Positions 26,445 through 38,658 of a stretch of 64,000 nucleotides of DNA are shown in pieces. The DNA comes from Verrucomicrobiota bacterium (lineage in GTDB: Bacteria > Verrucomicrobiota > Verrucomicrobiia > Limisphaerales > UBA11358): positions 10,348-74,347 of the forward strand of contig JBEKTH010000011.1 in assembly GCA_049516255.1 (NCBI GenBank), written 5' to 3'. Positions within the stretch are counted from its first letter, which is position 1. Every line of letters begins with the position of its first letter. Below the pieces are notes generated by a model, which saw only the letters and a program-made list of their open reading frames with translations, had not been told where the DNA came from and made no database searches. The position numbers and the translations under genes were made by a program.

Positions 26445-27140
26445 ATGCCAAGCAAACGATACAAAAAAGCACTCGAAGTCCTGGACGCCCGGAAAGCGTA
26501 TCCGCTCAAGGAAGCGGTCGGCGTCCTCGCCAAATTTCCCAAGGCCAAATTCAACGAGACGGTTGATCTCGCGTTCCGTCTTGGGGTGGATCCGAAACAG
26601 TCCGACCAGATGGTGCGCGGCACCGTCCCGCTGCCGCACGGCAGCGGCAAGACCGTCCGCGTGCTGGTGTTCGCCCGGAGCGGCGCGGGGGCGGACGCGG
26701 CCAAGGCCGCGGGCGCGGAATATGTGGGTTTTGAGGACATGATCAAGAAGTGCAACGAAGGCTGGTCGGATTTTGACGTGGCGATTGCCACGCCGGAAGC
26801 GATGATCGAAGTCCGCAAGCTCGGCAAGGTGCTGGGGCCGCGCGGCCTCATGCCGAATCCGAAAACCGGCACGGTGACGGACGACACGGCCAGGGCCGTG
26901 AAGGAAGTCAAGGCGGGTCGTGTTGAGTTCAAAATTGACAAGGCGGGCAACGTGCACGTGCCCGTGGGCAAGGTGTCATTTGCGCCGGACCAGATTGAGG
27001 AAAACGCGCGCGCGGTGATTGAGGCCGTGGCCAAGGCGCGGCCGCACAGTGTCAAAGGCACTTATATTCATTCCTGCACGATTTCGGCGACGATGAGTCC
27101 GCCGGTGCGGGTGGACGTGCGGGAATTTTCAAACAATTAA
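26445..27140 (+). CDS. rplA: 50S ribosomal protein L1
   Basis: 231 aa. MPSKRYKKALE...MVRGTVPLPHGSGK. Confidence 0.97.
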   Translation: MPSKRYKKALEVLDARKAYPLKEAVGVLAKFPKAKFNETVDLAFRLGVDPKQSDQMVRGTVPLPHGSGKTVRVLVFARSGAGADAAKAAGAEYVGFEDMIKKCNEGWSDFDVAIATPEAMIEVRKLGKVLGPRGLMPNPKTGTVTDDTARAVKEVKAGRVEFKIDKAGNVHVPVGKVSFAPDQIEENARAVIEAVAKARPHSVKGTYIHSCTISATMSPPVRVDVREFSNN

Positions 27141-27154
27141 CGAGGATTTGAATC

Positions 27155-27679
27155 ATGCGTGCTGAAAAACAAATTTTGACGAAGGAATACGTGGCGCGGC
27201 TGAACGGCTCACCGTTCTTCATCGTCTTGGATTATCGGGGGCTGAAGGTTCTCCACCTGACTGAACTGCGGAAGCGCCTGGCGCTGGCGGGCGCGGAAAT
27301 TCACGTGGTGAAAAATTCCATTTTCCAGATTGCGGCCAAAGAGGCCGGCATTGGCGAATTGAACGGGGCGCTGGGCGGGCAGATGGCCGTGGTCACCGGG
27401 CGGAAGGAAATTTCCGCCGCGGCGAAGGCGCTGAAAAATTTCAGTGCGGAGTTTGACAAGCCGAAGGTCAAGTTCGGCTATTTGAACAATCAACGGCTTG
27501 AAGAGGCGGCGATCAAGGCGCTGGCCGATTTGCCGAGCCTGGATGTTTTGCGGGCCACGCTGCTCGGCTTGCTGAATGCGCCGGCGACCAAATTGGCGGT
27601 CCTGATCAACACGCCCGCGTCGCAACTCGCGCGTGTCATCAAGGCGAAGTCCGAAGCGACCGAGCCGCCGAAGAGCTGA
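27155..27679 (+). CDS. rplJ: 50S ribosomal protein L10
   Basis: 174 aa, placed between rplA and rplL. L10-like sequence. Confidence 0.93.
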   Translation: MRAEKQILTKEYVARLNGSPFFIVLDYRGLKVLHLTELRKRLALAGAEIHVVKNSIFQIAAKEAGIGELNGALGGQMAVVTGRKEISAAAKALKNFSAEFDKPKVKFGYLNNQRLEEAAIKALADLPSLDVLRATLLGLLNAPATKLAVLINTPASQLARVIKAKSEATEPPKS

Positions 27680-27687
27680 ATTTTAAC

Positions 27688-27738
27688 GGTAGGGACGCGC
27701 TGCCGCGCGTCCAGGCCGACCGGCAGGTCGGCCCTGCC
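27688..27738. repeat. GC-rich REP-like element (two hairpins inside an outer stem)
   Basis: Layout is ggtaggg [ggacgcg-ctgc-cgcgtcc] a [ggccgacc-ggca-ggtcggcc] ctgcc. It lies in the rplJ-rplL spacer. Confidence 0.7.
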
Positions 27739-27872
27739 AAAGTGGTTTCCGGCCGTCTCAATCGGTGGTCGGAGAAATAAACAGGAAACAACAACGTAAA
27801 TCGTCGGTTTCACGGGCCGTGAACTGAAAACCGCCGTGGCCGCGGCGGACGACGAGACGAACGAAAGGTAAT

Positions 27873-28262
27873 ATGGCTGACATTGGAAACCTCGTAGAGG
27901 AATTGAGCAAGTTGACGGTGATTGAAGCCGCCGATTTGGTGAAGAAACTGGAAGAAAAATGGGGCGTTTCCGCTGCCGCGCCGGTCGCGGTGGCGGCGGC
28001 CGGGGCTCCGGCTGGCGGCGCCGCCGCTCCGGCGGCTGCGGCCAAGGACACGTTTGACGTGGTCCTCGTATCCCTGCCGGCGGACAAGAAAATTGCCGTC
28101 ATCAAGGCGGTCCGCGAAGTGAAGGCCGGACTGGGCCTGGCGGAAGCCAAGGCGCTGGTCGAGGGCGCGCCCAAGCCGGTGCTCGAAGGCGCCAACAAGG
28201 CGGATTCGGACGCGGCCAAGAAGAAACTCGAAGAAGCCGGCGCGAAAGTGGAAGTCAAGTAA
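27873..28262 (+). CDS. rplL: 50S ribosomal protein L7/L12
   Basis: 129 aa. Ala-rich hinge and [24 protein letters not shown]. Confidence 0.97.
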   Translation: MADIGNLVEELSKLTVIEAADLVKKLEEKWGVSAAAPVAVAAAGAPAGGAAAPAAAAKDTFDVVLVSLPADKKIAVIKAVREVKAGLGLAEAKALVEGAPKPVLEGANKADSDAAKKKLEEAGAKVEVK

Positions 28263-28277
28263 AGTTGAATTATATTG

Positions 28278-28310
28278 GGCGGCGCCCGTTGGTCGGACGC
28301 CGCCTTATTC
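28278..28310 (+). terminator. Hairpin/attenuator between rplL and rpoB
   Basis: ggcggcg-N13-cgccgcc followed by ttattcc (weak U tract). Confidence 0.4.
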
Positions 28311-28465
28311 CCGCAATTTTGCGGGCGGAAGATTTGGAAATTACGAACAGTAACAAACAGCAGTTTGGTTTGGCAGGCCGGCCGTTGAACGCGGCGCGCC
28401 TGCCTTGTGTCGTTGAATGAGAAACGTCGGTCCGGCGCGGTCGCCGGCCAAACCGGAAAGTCCCA

Positions 28466-31400
28466 ATGCCATCGCGAATTACAGAACGAATCAACTTCGG
28501 CAAGATCAAAGAGATCGTGGTGCCGCCGAACATGATTGAATTGCAGACCAATTCCTACAAGGAATTCCTGCAGGCGGATGCCCCACCGAAACGCCGCCAG
28601 AAGCACGCCGGCCTGGAGTCGGTCTTCCGCGAGGTGTTTCCCATCGAGAGCTACGATGGCAAGTGCATGCTCGATTACGATTCCTATGAAATCGGCGAGC
28701 CGAAGGTGGATTGGCTCGAATGCCTGCGCGAGGGCCTCACCTACGGCGCGCCGCTTTACGTCACCTTCCTGCTCAAGGAGGAAGGCAAGAGCGCCAAGGA
28801 GGAAAAGGTGTTCATGGGTGAATTGCCGCTGATGACCCCGCAGGGCACGTTTGTCATCAATGGCGCGGAACGCGTGGTGGTGAGCCAGTTGCACCGTTCG
28901 CCGGGCATTGCCTTTGAGGCCACGCAGCATCCGAACGGCAAGATTTTGCACAGCTTCCGCGTCATTCCCGACCGCGGCTCATGGTACGAGGCGCAATTTG
29001 ACACGAGCGACCTGCTTTACGTTTATCTCGACCGCAAGAAACGCCGCCGGAAATTTTTGACGACGACATTTTTCCGCGCGCTGAGCTTTCTGGACGTGGA
29101 AGGGGCCACCGGCAAGGGCAAGGACAAGGATGGCGGTGAGACACGGGGGACGGATGAGGAAATCATCAAGTTGTTTTACGACATCGAGGAACTCTCGGTC
29201 AAAGAGGCCGAGAAACTCGAGGACCTTTCGAGCCGCGTTTTGATTCATGACGCCGTGGATGAGGAAAAAGGCCTGGTCGTCGCGCGCGCCTTTGAGCCCT
29301 TGTCCAAGGCGGTGGTCAAACAGATCGCCGAACTGGGCGTCAACAAAATCAAGGTCGTGGACACCTCTGTGGACGAAGGTGTCTTGATCAAGTGTCTCAA
29401 GAAGGACCCGGCCAAGAACGAAGACGAGGCGCTCAAGGACATTTACCGGCGTTTGCGTCCGGGCGACCCGCCGACGGCGGCCAACTCGCGCGCGTTGCTC
29501 AAGCGGTTGTTCTTTGACCCGAAGCGCTATGATTTGGGCCGGGTGGGCCGTTACAAGATCAACCAGAAGCTTGGCCTCAAGGACAAGGAAGAGTCGCGCA
29601 TTTTGACGAAAGACGATTTGATTGCCGCGACGAAGTATCTGCTCCGCCTTAAAAAGGGTGAGGGGTCGCTCGACGACATTGACCATCTCGGCAGCCGCCG
29701 CATCCGCACGGTCGGCGAGTTGCTGGCCAACCAGTGCCGGGTCGGGCTCGCCCGCACCGAACGCCTGGTCAAGGAGCGCATGACGCTGTTCGATCAAAGT
29801 GTCGAGGCCATGACGCCGCAGAAACTCATCAATCCCAAGGCGCTTTCGGCGGTCATTCGCGATTTCTTCGGCCGCTCGCAGTTGAGCCAGTTCATGGATC
29901 AGATCAATCCGCTGGCGGAATTGACGCACAAGCGCCGTCTCAGCGCGCTGGGGCCGGGCGGCTTGAGCCGCGACCGCGCGGGCTTCGAAGTCCGCGACGT
30001 GCATCCGTCGCACTACGGCCGCATCTGCCCGATTGAGACGCCGGAAGGCCCGAACATCGGTTTGATTGCGTCACTGGCCACCTTTGCGCGCATCAACGAA
30101 TTCGGCTTCCTGGAAACGCCTTATCGCAAGGTCGAAAACGGCCGGGTCACCGAGAAAATTGACTATCTTACCGCCGACCGCGAGGAACAATTCATCGTCG
30201 CGCAGGCGAATACCTTGATTGACGACAAGGGCCACTTCCTCAGCGACCGCGTCGTCTGCCGGGCGCGCGGCGAATTCGTGGACGTCGAGCCGGCGCGGGT
30301 GAATTACATGGACGTTTCGCCCAAGCAACTGGTCTCGGTGGCCGCGTCACTGATTCCGTTTTTGGAGCACGACGATGCGAACCGGGCGTTGATGGGTTCG
30401 AACATGCAACGCCAGGCCGTGCCCTTGCTCGTGACCGAGGCGCCGCTGGTCGCCACCGGCCTCGAGGACCGGGTGGCCCGCGACTCGCGCGCCGTGGTGG
30501 TATCCGATGAAAGCGGCAAGGTCGCCTCCGTCAGCGGCAGCCAGATCATCGTCACCGAGGACGGCAAGCTGCCCGAGGGGAAAAAGAAGATTAAACACGA
30601 TCCGGAACATGGCGTCTGGGTATATCCCGTCCGCAAGTTCATGCGGTCGAACGCCGCCACGTGCATCAACCAGAAAATTCTGGTGCACAAGGGCGAGCAT
30701 GTGAAGAAAGGCCAGATCATTGCCGACGGGCCCTGCACGCGCGACGGCGAACTGGCGTTGGGCCGCAACGTGTTGGTGGCCTTCATGCCCTGGAACGGCT
30801 ACAACTTCGAGGACGCCATTCTCATCAGTGAAAAAATCGTGAAGGAGGACATCTTCACGAGCATCCACATTGACGAATTCGAGGTCAGCGCACGCGACAC
30901 CAAACTCGGCCCCGAGGAAATCACGCGCGACATTCCCAACCTGGGCGATGAAGCGTTGAAAAATCTTGGCGCCGACGGCGTCATCCGCGTCGGCGCGGAG
31001 GTGAAGCCCGGCGACATTCTGGTCGGAAAAATCACGCCGAAGTCCGAGACCGAACTCGCGCCGGAGGAACGCCTGTTGCGCGCCATCTTTGGTGAAAAGG
31101 CCGCCGACGTGAAGGACACGTCGCTCAAGGTTCCGTCCGGCACCTACGGCATTGTCATGGACGTGAAGGTGTCGGCCAAAAAGGACAGCGATCGCGCCAA
31201 AACGAGTTCCAGCGACGAGCGGCGTCACTCGAAGCAAATCGAAGAGGATCACAAGAAAAAGACCGACGAACTGCGCGACCAGTTGACGGAGGCGTTGAGC
31301 AACATTCTGCTCGGTGAAAAAATCCCGCTCGACGTGGTCAACAGCGAGACCGGCGAAATCATCATCCCGGCCAATCGCAAGATCACCAAGACGCTGTTGC

Positions 31401-32353
31401 GCAAACTGGCGACGGTTTATGACCGCATCGAAATTGATCCGTCGCCCATCCGCAACAAGATCAATGAAATTATCGGGCAGTTCAAAAAGAAGTTCGACGA
31501 TTTGCAGATGCAGTATGACGAGGAAATGGAGCGCGCCGAGGCGGGCGAGGGCGTGGAAGCGGGCATTGTCAAATCGGTGAAGGTTTACATTTCCTCCAAG
31601 CGCAAGTTGTCCGTCGGTGACAAGATGGCCGGACGCCACGGCAACAAGGGCGTGGTCGCGCGCATCGTGAAGGAGGAAGACATGCCGTTCCTGGAGGACG
31701 GAACGCCGGTGGAAATCGTATTGAACCCGCTGGGCGTGCCGTCACGCATGAACGTCGGTCAGGTGCTGGAGACGCACCTGGGCTGGGCGGCGAAAATCCT
31801 GGGGATGAAGTTTGCGACGCCGGTCTTTGACGGCATCAAGGAAAAGAACATCCGCAACTATCTCAAGGACGCGAAATTGCCGGAGCATGGCAAGACCCAT
31901 TTGATTGATGGCCGCACCGGCGAGCAGTTCGACCAGGAAATCGTGGTCGGCTACATTTACATGATGAAGCTCGGCCATCTGGTCGCCGACAAAATTCACG
32001 CCCGCGCGGTGGGACCGTATTCGCTCGTCACCCAGCAACCGCTGGGCGGCAAGGCGCAGTACGGCGGCCAGCGCTTCGGCGAAATGGAGGTGTGGGCGAT
32101 GGAAGCCTATGGCGCGGCCTATACCTTGCAGGAATTGCTCACCGTCAAGTCCGACGATGTGCAGGGCCGCACGCGCATTTATGAAAGCATTGTCAAGGGC
32201 GACAACGCCCTGGAGGCGGGCATTCCCGAATCCTTCAACGTGCTCGTCAAGGAAATGCAATCACTCGGCCTCGATGTCAAGGTCGGGTATTCCAATCCAG
32301 TTGAACATGCCGCCAACGGTGAAACAGCGGCCACCACGTTGGCCACGATTTAA
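28466..32353 (+). CDS. rpoB: DNA-directed RNA polymerase subunit beta
   Basis: 1295 aa, with conserved RpoB blocks throughout (for example [13 protein letters not shown]). Confidence 0.98.
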   Translation: MPSRITERINFGKIKEIVVPPNMIELQTNSYKEFLQADAPPKRRQKHAGLESVFREVFPIESYDGKCMLDYDSYEIGEPKVDWLECLREGLTYGAPLYVTFLLKEEGKSAKEEKVFMGELPLMTPQGTFVINGAERVVVSQLHRSPGIAFEATQHPNGKILHSFRVIPDRGSWYEAQFDTSDLLYVYLDRKKRRRKFLTTTFFRALSFLDVEGATGKGKDKDGGETRGTDEEIIKLFYDIEELSVKEAEKLEDLSSRVLIHDAVDEEKGLVVARAFEPLSKAVVKQIAELGVNKIKVVDTSVDEGVLIKCLKKDPAKNEDEALKDIYRRLRPGDPPTAANSRALLKRLFFDPKRYDLGRVGRYKINQKLGLKDKEESRILTKDDLIAATKYLLRLKKGEGSLDDIDHLGSRRIRTVGELLANQCRVGLARTERLVKERMTLFDQSVEAMTPQKLINPKALSAVIRDFFGRSQLSQFMDQINPLAELTHKRRLSALGPGGLSRDRAGFEVRDVHPSHYGRICPIETPEGPNIGLIASLATFARINEFGFLETPYRKVENGRVTEKIDYLTADREEQFIVAQANTLIDDKGHFLSDRVVCRARGEFVDVEPARVNYMDVSPKQLVSVAASLIPFLEHDDANRALMGSNMQRQAVPLLVTEAPLVATGLEDRVARDSRAVVVSDESGKVASVSGSQIIVTEDGKLPEGKKKIKHDPEHGVWVYPVRKFMRSNAATCINQKILVHKGEHVKKGQIIADGPCTRDGELALGRNVLVAFMPWNGYNFEDAILISEKIVKEDIFTSIHIDEFEVSARDTKLGPEEITRDIPNLGDEALKNLGADGVIRVGAEVKPGDILVGKITPKSETELAPEERLLRAIFGEKAADVKDTSLKVPSGTYGIVMDVKVSAKKDSDRAKTSSSDERRHSKQIEEDHKKKTDELRDQLTEALSNILLGEKIPLDVVNSETGEIIIPANRKITKTLLRKLATVYDRIEIDPSPIRNKINEIIGQFKKKFDDLQMQYDEEMERAEAGEGVEAGIVKSVKVYISSKRKLSVGDKMAGRHGNKGVVARIVKEEDMPFLEDGTPVEIVLNPLGVPSRMNVGQVLETHLGWAAKILGMKFATPVFDGIKEKNIRNYLKDAKLPEHGKTHLIDGRTGEQFDQEIVVGYIYMMKLGHLVADKIHARAVGPYSLVTQQPLGGKAQYGGQRFGEMEVWAMEAYGAAYTLQELLTVKSDDVQGRTRIYESIVKGDNALEAGIPESFNVLVKEMQSLGLDVKVGYSNPVEHAANGETAATTLATI

Positions 32354-32389
32354 TTTGTAACCAAAAATATTCGCTGAACCCAAACGCGT

Positions 32390-35300
32390 ATGATCAGCAC
32401 CAAAGAAAGCGCCCGTGAATTGCTCGGGCTGGACAAGGTCAATCAGGTGGACTACGTCGCGATTTCCATCGCGTCGCCGGAAGCCATCCGTTCCTGGTCC
32501 AAGGGGGAGGTCAAGAACCCCGAAACCATCAATTACCGCACGTTCAAACCGGAAAAAGGCGGCCTGTTCTGCGAACGCATTTTCGGCCCGGTCAAGGACT
32601 GGGAATGCTCGTGCGGCAAGTACAAGCGCATCAAGCACCGCGGCATCGTCTGCGACCGTTGCGGCGTTGAAGTGACCCTCGCCCGCGTCCGGCGCGAACG
32701 CATGGGTCACATTGAACTGGCCGTGCCCGTCTGCCATATCTGGTTTTTCAAATGCATGCCGTCGCGCATCGGCCTGGTGCTCGACATGACGGCGCGCAAC
32801 CTGGAGCGCGTGATTTATTACGAGGATTACCTGGTGATCGATCCGGGCAACACGCCATTGAAGCAGAACCAGTTGCTCAACGAGCATGAATATCGCGAGG
32901 CGCGTGAGACCTACGGCGCGGACGCCTTTCAGGCCAAAATGGGCGCCGAAGCCGTGCGCGATGCGCTGGCCAAGGTGGACCTGGCCAAGGGCGTGGACCA
33001 GTTGCAGGTGGCAATGACTGAAACCAAGAGCAAACAGATCCGCAAGAAACTCGCGAAGCGGATCAAGCTGCTTCAGGGCCTGCAGATTTCCAAGAGCCGT
33101 CCGGAATGGATGATTCTGACAGTGTTGCCGGTGATTCCGCCGGATTTGCGCCCGCTCGTGCCGCTCGAAGGCGGCCGGTTCGCCACGTCCGACCTGAACG
33201 ACCTGTATCGCCGCGTCATCAACCGGAACAATCGTCTCAAGACGTTGCTCCAGCTCAAGACGCCCGAAGTCATCATCCGCAACGAAAAACGCATGTTGCA
33301 GGAGGCGGTGGACGCGCTGTTCGACAATGGCCGTCATGGCCGTCCCGTGACCGGTGCGGGCAATCGATCGTTGAAATCCCTGAGCGACATGCTCAAAGGC
33401 AAGGGCGGACGGTTCCGCCAGAATCTGCTGGGCAAACGCGTGGATTACTCCGGCCGTTCCGTCATCGTCATTGGACCCGAACTCAAACTCAATCAATGCG
33501 GCTTGCCAAAGAAGATGGCGTTGGTTTTGTTCGAACCGTTCATCATCCGCCGCCTGAAGGAACTCGGCTACGTCCATACGGTGCGTTCGGCCAAGAAGAT
33601 GATCGAGCGCCAGACGAAGGAAGTCTGGGACGTTTTGGAAGAGGTGACCAAGGGTCATCCGGTGCTGCTCAATCGCGCGCCGACGCTGCACCGTTTGTCC
33701 GTGCAGGCGTTCGAGCCGCAATTGATCGAGGGCGAGGCCATCCGCATTCATCCATTGGTCTGCACCGCGTATAATGCGGACTTCGACGGCGACCAGATGG
33801 CCGTGCACGTGCCGCTATCGGTGGAGGCGCAAATGGAGGCGCGTCTGTTGATGATGGCGACCAACAACATTTTCAGTCCGTCGTCCGGCAAACCTATTAT
33901 CACCCCGACGCAGGACATCACGCTCGGTTGTTATTATCTCACCGCCGAGCCGCGCACGCCCATGCCGTCCGACGTGAACAAACTGTCGCTGTTCGGCACG
34001 AAGGAAGAGGTGTTGTTTGCCTATAGTGACGGTGCGTTGAAGACGCATGATCGTGTTCGCCTGTCCAATCCGGATATCGGCCGGCAGACGGTTTTCGGCG
34101 ACACGAACAAGAAACTCATCGAGACCACCGTCGGGCGCGTGGTTTTCAGCGAAATCTGGCCGCCGGAACTCGGCTTTTACAACAAGGCCGCCGGCAAGAG
34201 CCAGCTCGGCGATCTCATTTGGAAATGTTACAAGTTTGCCGGCCACGAGAAGACCGTGACCATGCTCGACAAACTCAAGGAACTGGGCTTTCGCGAGGCG
34301 ACCAAGTCCGGCGTGTCCATCGGCATTGACGACATGATCGTGCCCAAGGAACGGGACGAGCAGATCGACGCCGCCCAGAAACAGATCAAGGAAGTAGAGA
34401 AGCAGTATCGCAAGGGCGTCATCACGCCGGGCGAACGTTACAACAAGATTGTGGATATCTGGACGCATTGCACCGACCAGATTTCCGGCGTCATGTTCCG
34501 CACACTCGAAGCCAACCAGGGCAAGAAGGAGTACAACCCGGTTTACCTGATGGTGGATTCCGGCGCGCGCGGCAACAAGCAGCAGGTGCGCCAGCTCGCC
34601 GGATTGCGCGGCCTCATGGCCAAGCCCAGCGGCGACATCATCGAAAAACCGATTCTCGCGAACTTCCGCGAAGGCCTCTCGGTGCTGGAATACTTCATCT
34701 CCACGCACGGCGCCCGCAAGGGTCTGGCCGACACCGCGCTCAAGACCGCGGATTCCGGTTACATGACCCGCAAGCTGGTGGACGTGGCGCAGGACGTCAT
34801 CATCCAGGAACAGGATTGCGGCACGTCAAACGGCATTTGGGTCACGGCGGTGTACGAAGGAGAGGACGAAGTGGTCCGGTTGGGCGACCGCCTGATCGGC
34901 CGGTTCGCCTGCGACGACACGGTGAATCCAACGAACCCGAAGGAATTTCTCATTCGCGCCAACGAGGAGATTGACGAGGAAAAGGCCAAGCGCATTGAAG
35001 CCGCGGGCATTGAACGCCTGCGCATCCGCTCGGTGCTGACCTGTGAAAGCAAGAAGGGCGTGTGCATCAACTGCTACGGCCGCAATCTCGCGACCGGCGG
35101 CCTGGTGAAACTCGGCGAGGCCGTTGGCATCATCGCCGCGCAATCCATCGGCGAGCCGGGCACGCAGCTCACCATGCGGACGTTCCACATCGGTGGCACG
35201 GCGGCCGGTGTGTTCAAAATTCCGCAAATCAAGGCGAAGTTCGAAGGCACGGTCCGATACAACGAACTGCGCCTGGTACGGCTCGAAGACGGCAATAACA

Positions 35301-36535
35301 TCGTGCTGAACAAAAACGGCTCGGTTTCCATTCTCGCCGGCGACGGTCGCGAACTGGAAAACCACAACATTGTGGTCGGCTCGGTCATTTCCGTGCCGGA
35401 CGGCGGCCAGGTGAAGAAGGGTGAAACCTTCGTGCAGTGGGATCCCTACAACGTCCCGATTCTCTCGGAGAAGGCTGGCAAGGTGAAATTCCATGACATC
35501 ATCGAAGGTGTCACGATGAAGCAGGAGATGGACGAAACCACCGGCCAGGAAGCCATGGTCGTCATCGAGCACAAGGAGGATTTGCACCCGCAAATCATCA
35601 TCAGCGGCGCGGATGACGAGGTGGTGGCGAATTATCCGATTCCTTCCGGCGCGCACATTGTCGTGAAGGAACGCAGCGACATTTTCCCCGGCACGTTGAT
35701 GGCCAAGACGCCGCGCAAGATGGCCAAGACCAAGGACATTACCGGTGGTCTGCCGCGCGTGGCCGAATTGTTCGAGGCCCGCCGCTCGAAAGACGCGTCG
35801 GAAATCTCCAAGATTGAAGGCCTGGTGGACTTTGGCGCCAGCGTGCGCGGCAAGCGTTGCATTGTCATCCAAGACACACAGACCAAGGCGGAGGAGGAAC
35901 ACCTCATTCCGATCGGCAAACACGTCATCGTCTTCAAGGGCGACATGGTGAAAAAGGGCCAGCAATTGACCGAAGGCCCGATGGACCCGCACGAAATCCT
36001 CGAGGTTTGCGGCCCGCAGGAATTGCAGGAACACCTCGTCAGCGAAGTGCAGGAGGTCTATCGCCTCCAGGGCGTCACCATCAATGACAAGCACATTGAA
36101 ATCATTGTGCGCCAGATGCTCCGCAAGGTGCGCATCACCGAACCCGGTGACACCTCGTTCCTGTGGGGCGAACAGATTGACAAGCTCGACTTCGAGGAAG
36201 AGAACGAGCGAGTGGACAAGATGGGCGGGAAGCCGGCCGAGGCCTCGCCGGTGTTGCTGGGCATCACCAAGGCGTCGCTGGAAACCGACAGCTTCCTCAG
36301 CGCCGCGTCCTTCCAGGACACGACCCGCGTCCTGACCGAGGCCGCCACGCGGTCCAAGATCGACAGCCTGCGCGGTTTCAAGGAAAATGTCATCATGGGT
36401 CACATCATTCCGGCGGGCACCGGCTTTGACCACCACCGCAAGGTGCATCTCAAGATGTTGGTTGAAGTCAGCGACGAACCCGAGCCGGAGGAGCCGGCGG
36501 CGGTGGTGGCCGCGGAAAATCCGTTACTGGCCTAA
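32390..36535 (+). CDS. rpoC: DNA-directed RNA polymerase subunit beta'
   Basis: 1381 aa. Zn-binding CxCGKY...CxxCG and the NADFDGD active site. Confidence 0.98.
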   Translation: MISTKESARELLGLDKVNQVDYVAISIASPEAIRSWSKGEVKNPETINYRTFKPEKGGLFCERIFGPVKDWECSCGKYKRIKHRGIVCDRCGVEVTLARVRRERMGHIELAVPVCHIWFFKCMPSRIGLVLDMTARNLERVIYYEDYLVIDPGNTPLKQNQLLNEHEYREARETYGADAFQAKMGAEAVRDALAKVDLAKGVDQLQVAMTETKSKQIRKKLAKRIKLLQGLQISKSRPEWMILTVLPVIPPDLRPLVPLEGGRFATSDLNDLYRRVINRNNRLKTLLQLKTPEVIIRNEKRMLQEAVDALFDNGRHGRPVTGAGNRSLKSLSDMLKGKGGRFRQNLLGKRVDYSGRSVIVIGPELKLNQCGLPKKMALVLFEPFIIRRLKELGYVHTVRSAKKMIERQTKEVWDVLEEVTKGHPVLLNRAPTLHRLSVQAFEPQLIEGEAIRIHPLVCTAYNADFDGDQMAVHVPLSVEAQMEARLLMMATNNIFSPSSGKPIITPTQDITLGCYYLTAEPRTPMPSDVNKLSLFGTKEEVLFAYSDGALKTHDRVRLSNPDIGRQTVFGDTNKKLIETTVGRVVFSEIWPPELGFYNKAAGKSQLGDLIWKCYKFAGHEKTVTMLDKLKELGFREATKSGVSIGIDDMIVPKERDEQIDAAQKQIKEVEKQYRKGVITPGERYNKIVDIWTHCTDQISGVMFRTLEANQGKKEYNPVYLMVDSGARGNKQQVRQLAGLRGLMAKPSGDIIEKPILANFREGLSVLEYFISTHGARKGLADTALKTADSGYMTRKLVDVAQDVIIQEQDCGTSNGIWVTAVYEGEDEVVRLGDRLIGRFACDDTVNPTNPKEFLIRANEEIDEEKAKRIEAAGIERLRIRSVLTCESKKGVCINCYGRNLATGGLVKLGEAVGIIAAQSIGEPGTQLTMRTFHIGGTAAGVFKIPQIKAKFEGTVRYNELRLVRLEDGNNIVLNKNGSVSILAGDGRELENHNIVVGSVISVPDGGQVKKGETFVQWDPYNVPILSEKAGKVKFHDIIEGVTMKQEMDETTGQEAMVVIEHKEDLHPQIIISGADDEVVANYPIPSGAHIVVKERSDIFPGTLMAKTPRKMAKTKDITGGLPRVAELFEARRSKDASEISKIEGLVDFGASVRGKRCIVIQDTQTKAEEEHLIPIGKHVIVFKGDMVKKGQQLTEGPMDPHEILEVCGPQELQEHLVSEVQEVYRLQGVTINDKHIEIIVRQMLRKVRITEPGDTSFLWGEQIDKLDFEEENERVDKMGGKPAEASPVLLGITKASLETDSFLSAASFQDTTRVLTEAATRSKIDSLRGFKENVIMGHIIPAGTGFDHHRKVHLKMLVEVSDEPEPEEPAAVVAAENPLLA

Positions 36536-36560
36536 GCGCGAGCGAAATCAATTACACAGA

Positions 36561-36592
36561 GCGTCCGACGAAAGTTGGACGCCCTTTTTGTT
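36561..36592 (+). terminator. Rho-independent terminator after rpoC
   Basis: gcgtccgac-gaaa-gttggacgc followed by cctttttgtt. Confidence 0.75.
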
Positions 36593-36783
36593 CAACCCTG
36601 ATGATAGCTGTTGTTTGACGGCCAAGGAGTCAAGTTAACGCTCAGGTCGCGGCCGACGCCGTTCCGGAGCCATCATCGTATGCGTTGCTCGGTCTCCTTT
36701 TGTTCCATTGGCCGTACGCGGCACGTTTGCACGCAAAGGCAAGGCCGTGATCGCCTGAACGCCATGGAAATCAGTTGATGCAG

Positions 36784-36815
36784 GGCGTCTGACGGATGTT
36801 GGGCGCCTTTTTAGC
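36784..36815 (+). terminator. Second terminator-like hairpin, a near copy of the rpoC terminator
   Basis: ggcgtctgac-ggat-gttgggcgcc (with G-U pairs) followed by ttttt. Confidence 0.55.
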
Positions 36816-36876
36816 CGCAACCAGTGACTGATGTATCATACCGTGGTGAAAGTCTGAAAACTGTGTTGGCGGCCGA

Positions 36877-38136
36877 TCAATTGAAACGGCTGGGGGGCTG
36901 TTCGCGCTCGCGCTCGCGTTCGTCATCAAGCTTCTTGCGGACCAGCATCAATGTCGCCTTGGCCAGCTCGCGCACCTCTTCGCGCTGGGATTCGACCTCT
37001 TTCTCAAGTTCAGCGACGCGCTTTTCGTAGGCGCGGATGCGTTCCTGCAACGGCAGTTGCAGGGCGGCAAGCCGGGCTTCGAGTTCCATCATGGCTTGCG
37101 CGGCCTTTTGCTGCGTTTCCAGCAGGGCATTCCGTTGGGTGTACAGACCCTGAACCAGGCTTTGCTTCGCAAATTCGGTCAGTTCGGGCATGATCTGCTC
37201 GCGAAGCATCTGGCCCTGCTTGCCCGCCATCGCCTCAGCCGTGAGCGCACGCTGCCTCCACTCTTCCGCAGCTGCCGGGTCCTCGTCGCCATTGCCCGGC
37301 GATGGCAACATGGCCGTGGAACTGGCGGCGGGTGAATCAACCCGATCCCGCCGCCAAAACAGGAGGACCAGGCAAGCCAGCAGGGAGATGATTATCATCA
37401 GTGAGCCCAGGATCCACCAGATTGAACGCTCCGGAGTTTGTATAACCGGCGTCGTGGCTGGTTCGGGTGGTGCCGCTTTTGCCATTGCCGGAAGTGGCGG
37501 CAGTTGAGCCGGAGACGCTGGCTTCACTGCTCTTGCCGCCACCGGCTGCACCTTGGCGTCCAATTGGACGTCATCCACATAAAATGTGTTCGTGACTTCG
37601 CCGGCCAGAACGATTTCGATGCCGGTAAAGTTGGTCTTGTCGGCGACACCGATGTCCGAGAGTGAAACCTTATACTGCCGCCAGCGGTTGGGGGGCAGCA
37701 CCGGCACGTTATCTCCAAGCACTTCCTTGCCGCTTAGCATGCCCCGGATCCTCAGAAGCTGCAAGCCGTGTTCGCCGCCGTTCGCCCAGAAACTCACGCT
37801 CTCGTAACCGGCGGTGCTCATGGGGCGATGCCAGAAATAAAGGCCCTCCCAGGTTTTGGCCGTCACACTCACGGAAACGCTTCCAGAGTGAATTGGATCG
37901 GTATTGAGTATATTCCGCGTCGCCCAGCTCCAATCCTCGAATCCATTCTCCATGCCGTCGTCGTAAATGACCAGGTCATTCGTGCCCGCCTGGGACCAAA
38001 CCTTGAGGACCGGTGCCAGTAGCAACAGGGCGGCAATGGCCAGCCGGTAAAAATTTTTCAAATACTGCACAAGCCCATCATGATGAATTGGTTCACGCTG
38101 TGCAACCCGGGAATATTCACTTTGTCCCGGGTGCAA
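36877..38136 (-). CDS. Single-pass membrane protein: beta-rich carbohydrate-binding-like ectodomain plus cytoplasmic coiled coil
   Basis: Signal-like [19 protein letters not shown]. The ectodomain ends in [11 protein letters not shown] segment [22 protein letters not shown]. The C-terminus is heptad-rich and charged. The ORF-track start is a TTG, and an in-frame GTG at 38070 is an alternative. Confidence 0.6.
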   Translation of the reverse strand: MHPGQSEYSRVAQREPIHHDGLVQYLKNFYRLAIAALLLLAPVLKVWSQAGTNDLVIYDDGMENGFEDWSWATRNILNTDPIHSGSVSVSVTAKTWEGLYFWHRPMSTAGYESVSFWANGGEHGLQLLRIRGMLSGKEVLGDNVPVLPPNRWRQYKVSLSDIGVADKTNFTGIEIVLAGEVTNTFYVDDVQLDAKVQPVAARAVKPASPAQLPPLPAMAKAAPPEPATTPVIQTPERSIWWILGSLMIIISLLACLVLLFWRRDRVDSPAASSTAMLPSPGNGDEDPAAAEEWRQRALTAEAMAGKQGQMLREQIMPELTEFAKQSLVQGLYTQRNALLETQQKAAQAMMELEARLAALQLPLQERIRAYEKRVAELEKEVESQREEVRELAKATLMLVRKKLDDEREREREQPPSRFN

Positions 38137-38202
38137 CAGGAATCCGTTAAAGCGCTTTACATCAGGGTAACGGTTGGCTACACTCCGCCACTCTTATTGA
38201 TT

Positions 38203-38460
38203 ATGGAAGCGAAGGCGAAAACGATTGAACAATTTAAATTGCACGCGCAGGACACGGGTTCGGCGGACGTGCAGATTGCGCTGTTGACCGAACGGATTAA
38301 TCACTTGACCGAGCATTTGCAGACCAACAAAAAGGACCATAGCTCGCGCCGTGGTTTGCTGGTGATGGTCGGCCAGCGCCGCCGGCTGCTGGATTATTTG
38401 GAAAGCACGGACCGGAAGCGCTATCAAACCGTCACCAAGAAGTTGAAACTGCGCCACTAA
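38203..38460 (+). CDS. rpsO: 30S ribosomal protein S15
   Basis: 85 aa from the ATG at 38203. [35 protein letters not shown]. Confidence 0.95.
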   Translation: MEAKAKTIEQFKLHAQDTGSADVQIALLTERINHLTEHLQTNKKDHSSRRGLLVMVGQRRRLLDYLESTDRKRYQTVTKKLKLRH

Positions 38461-38658
38461 TTTGCGGCGGCGCGGCTTAGGCCTTTTGCTGCAAGCTGCC
38501 TTCCGCTTTTGGATTTGAGCCGGGAAACGCGAACGGCCCGATTCCCCAACCAAAAAAAACCTCGCGTAAGAATAAAACGTCACTCCGGGAAATTTCATTC
38601 AGTCCCGATTGTTTCGGGATTCACTGAAGTTCCTCCGGCGGTGACGGGAAAGTTAGAC

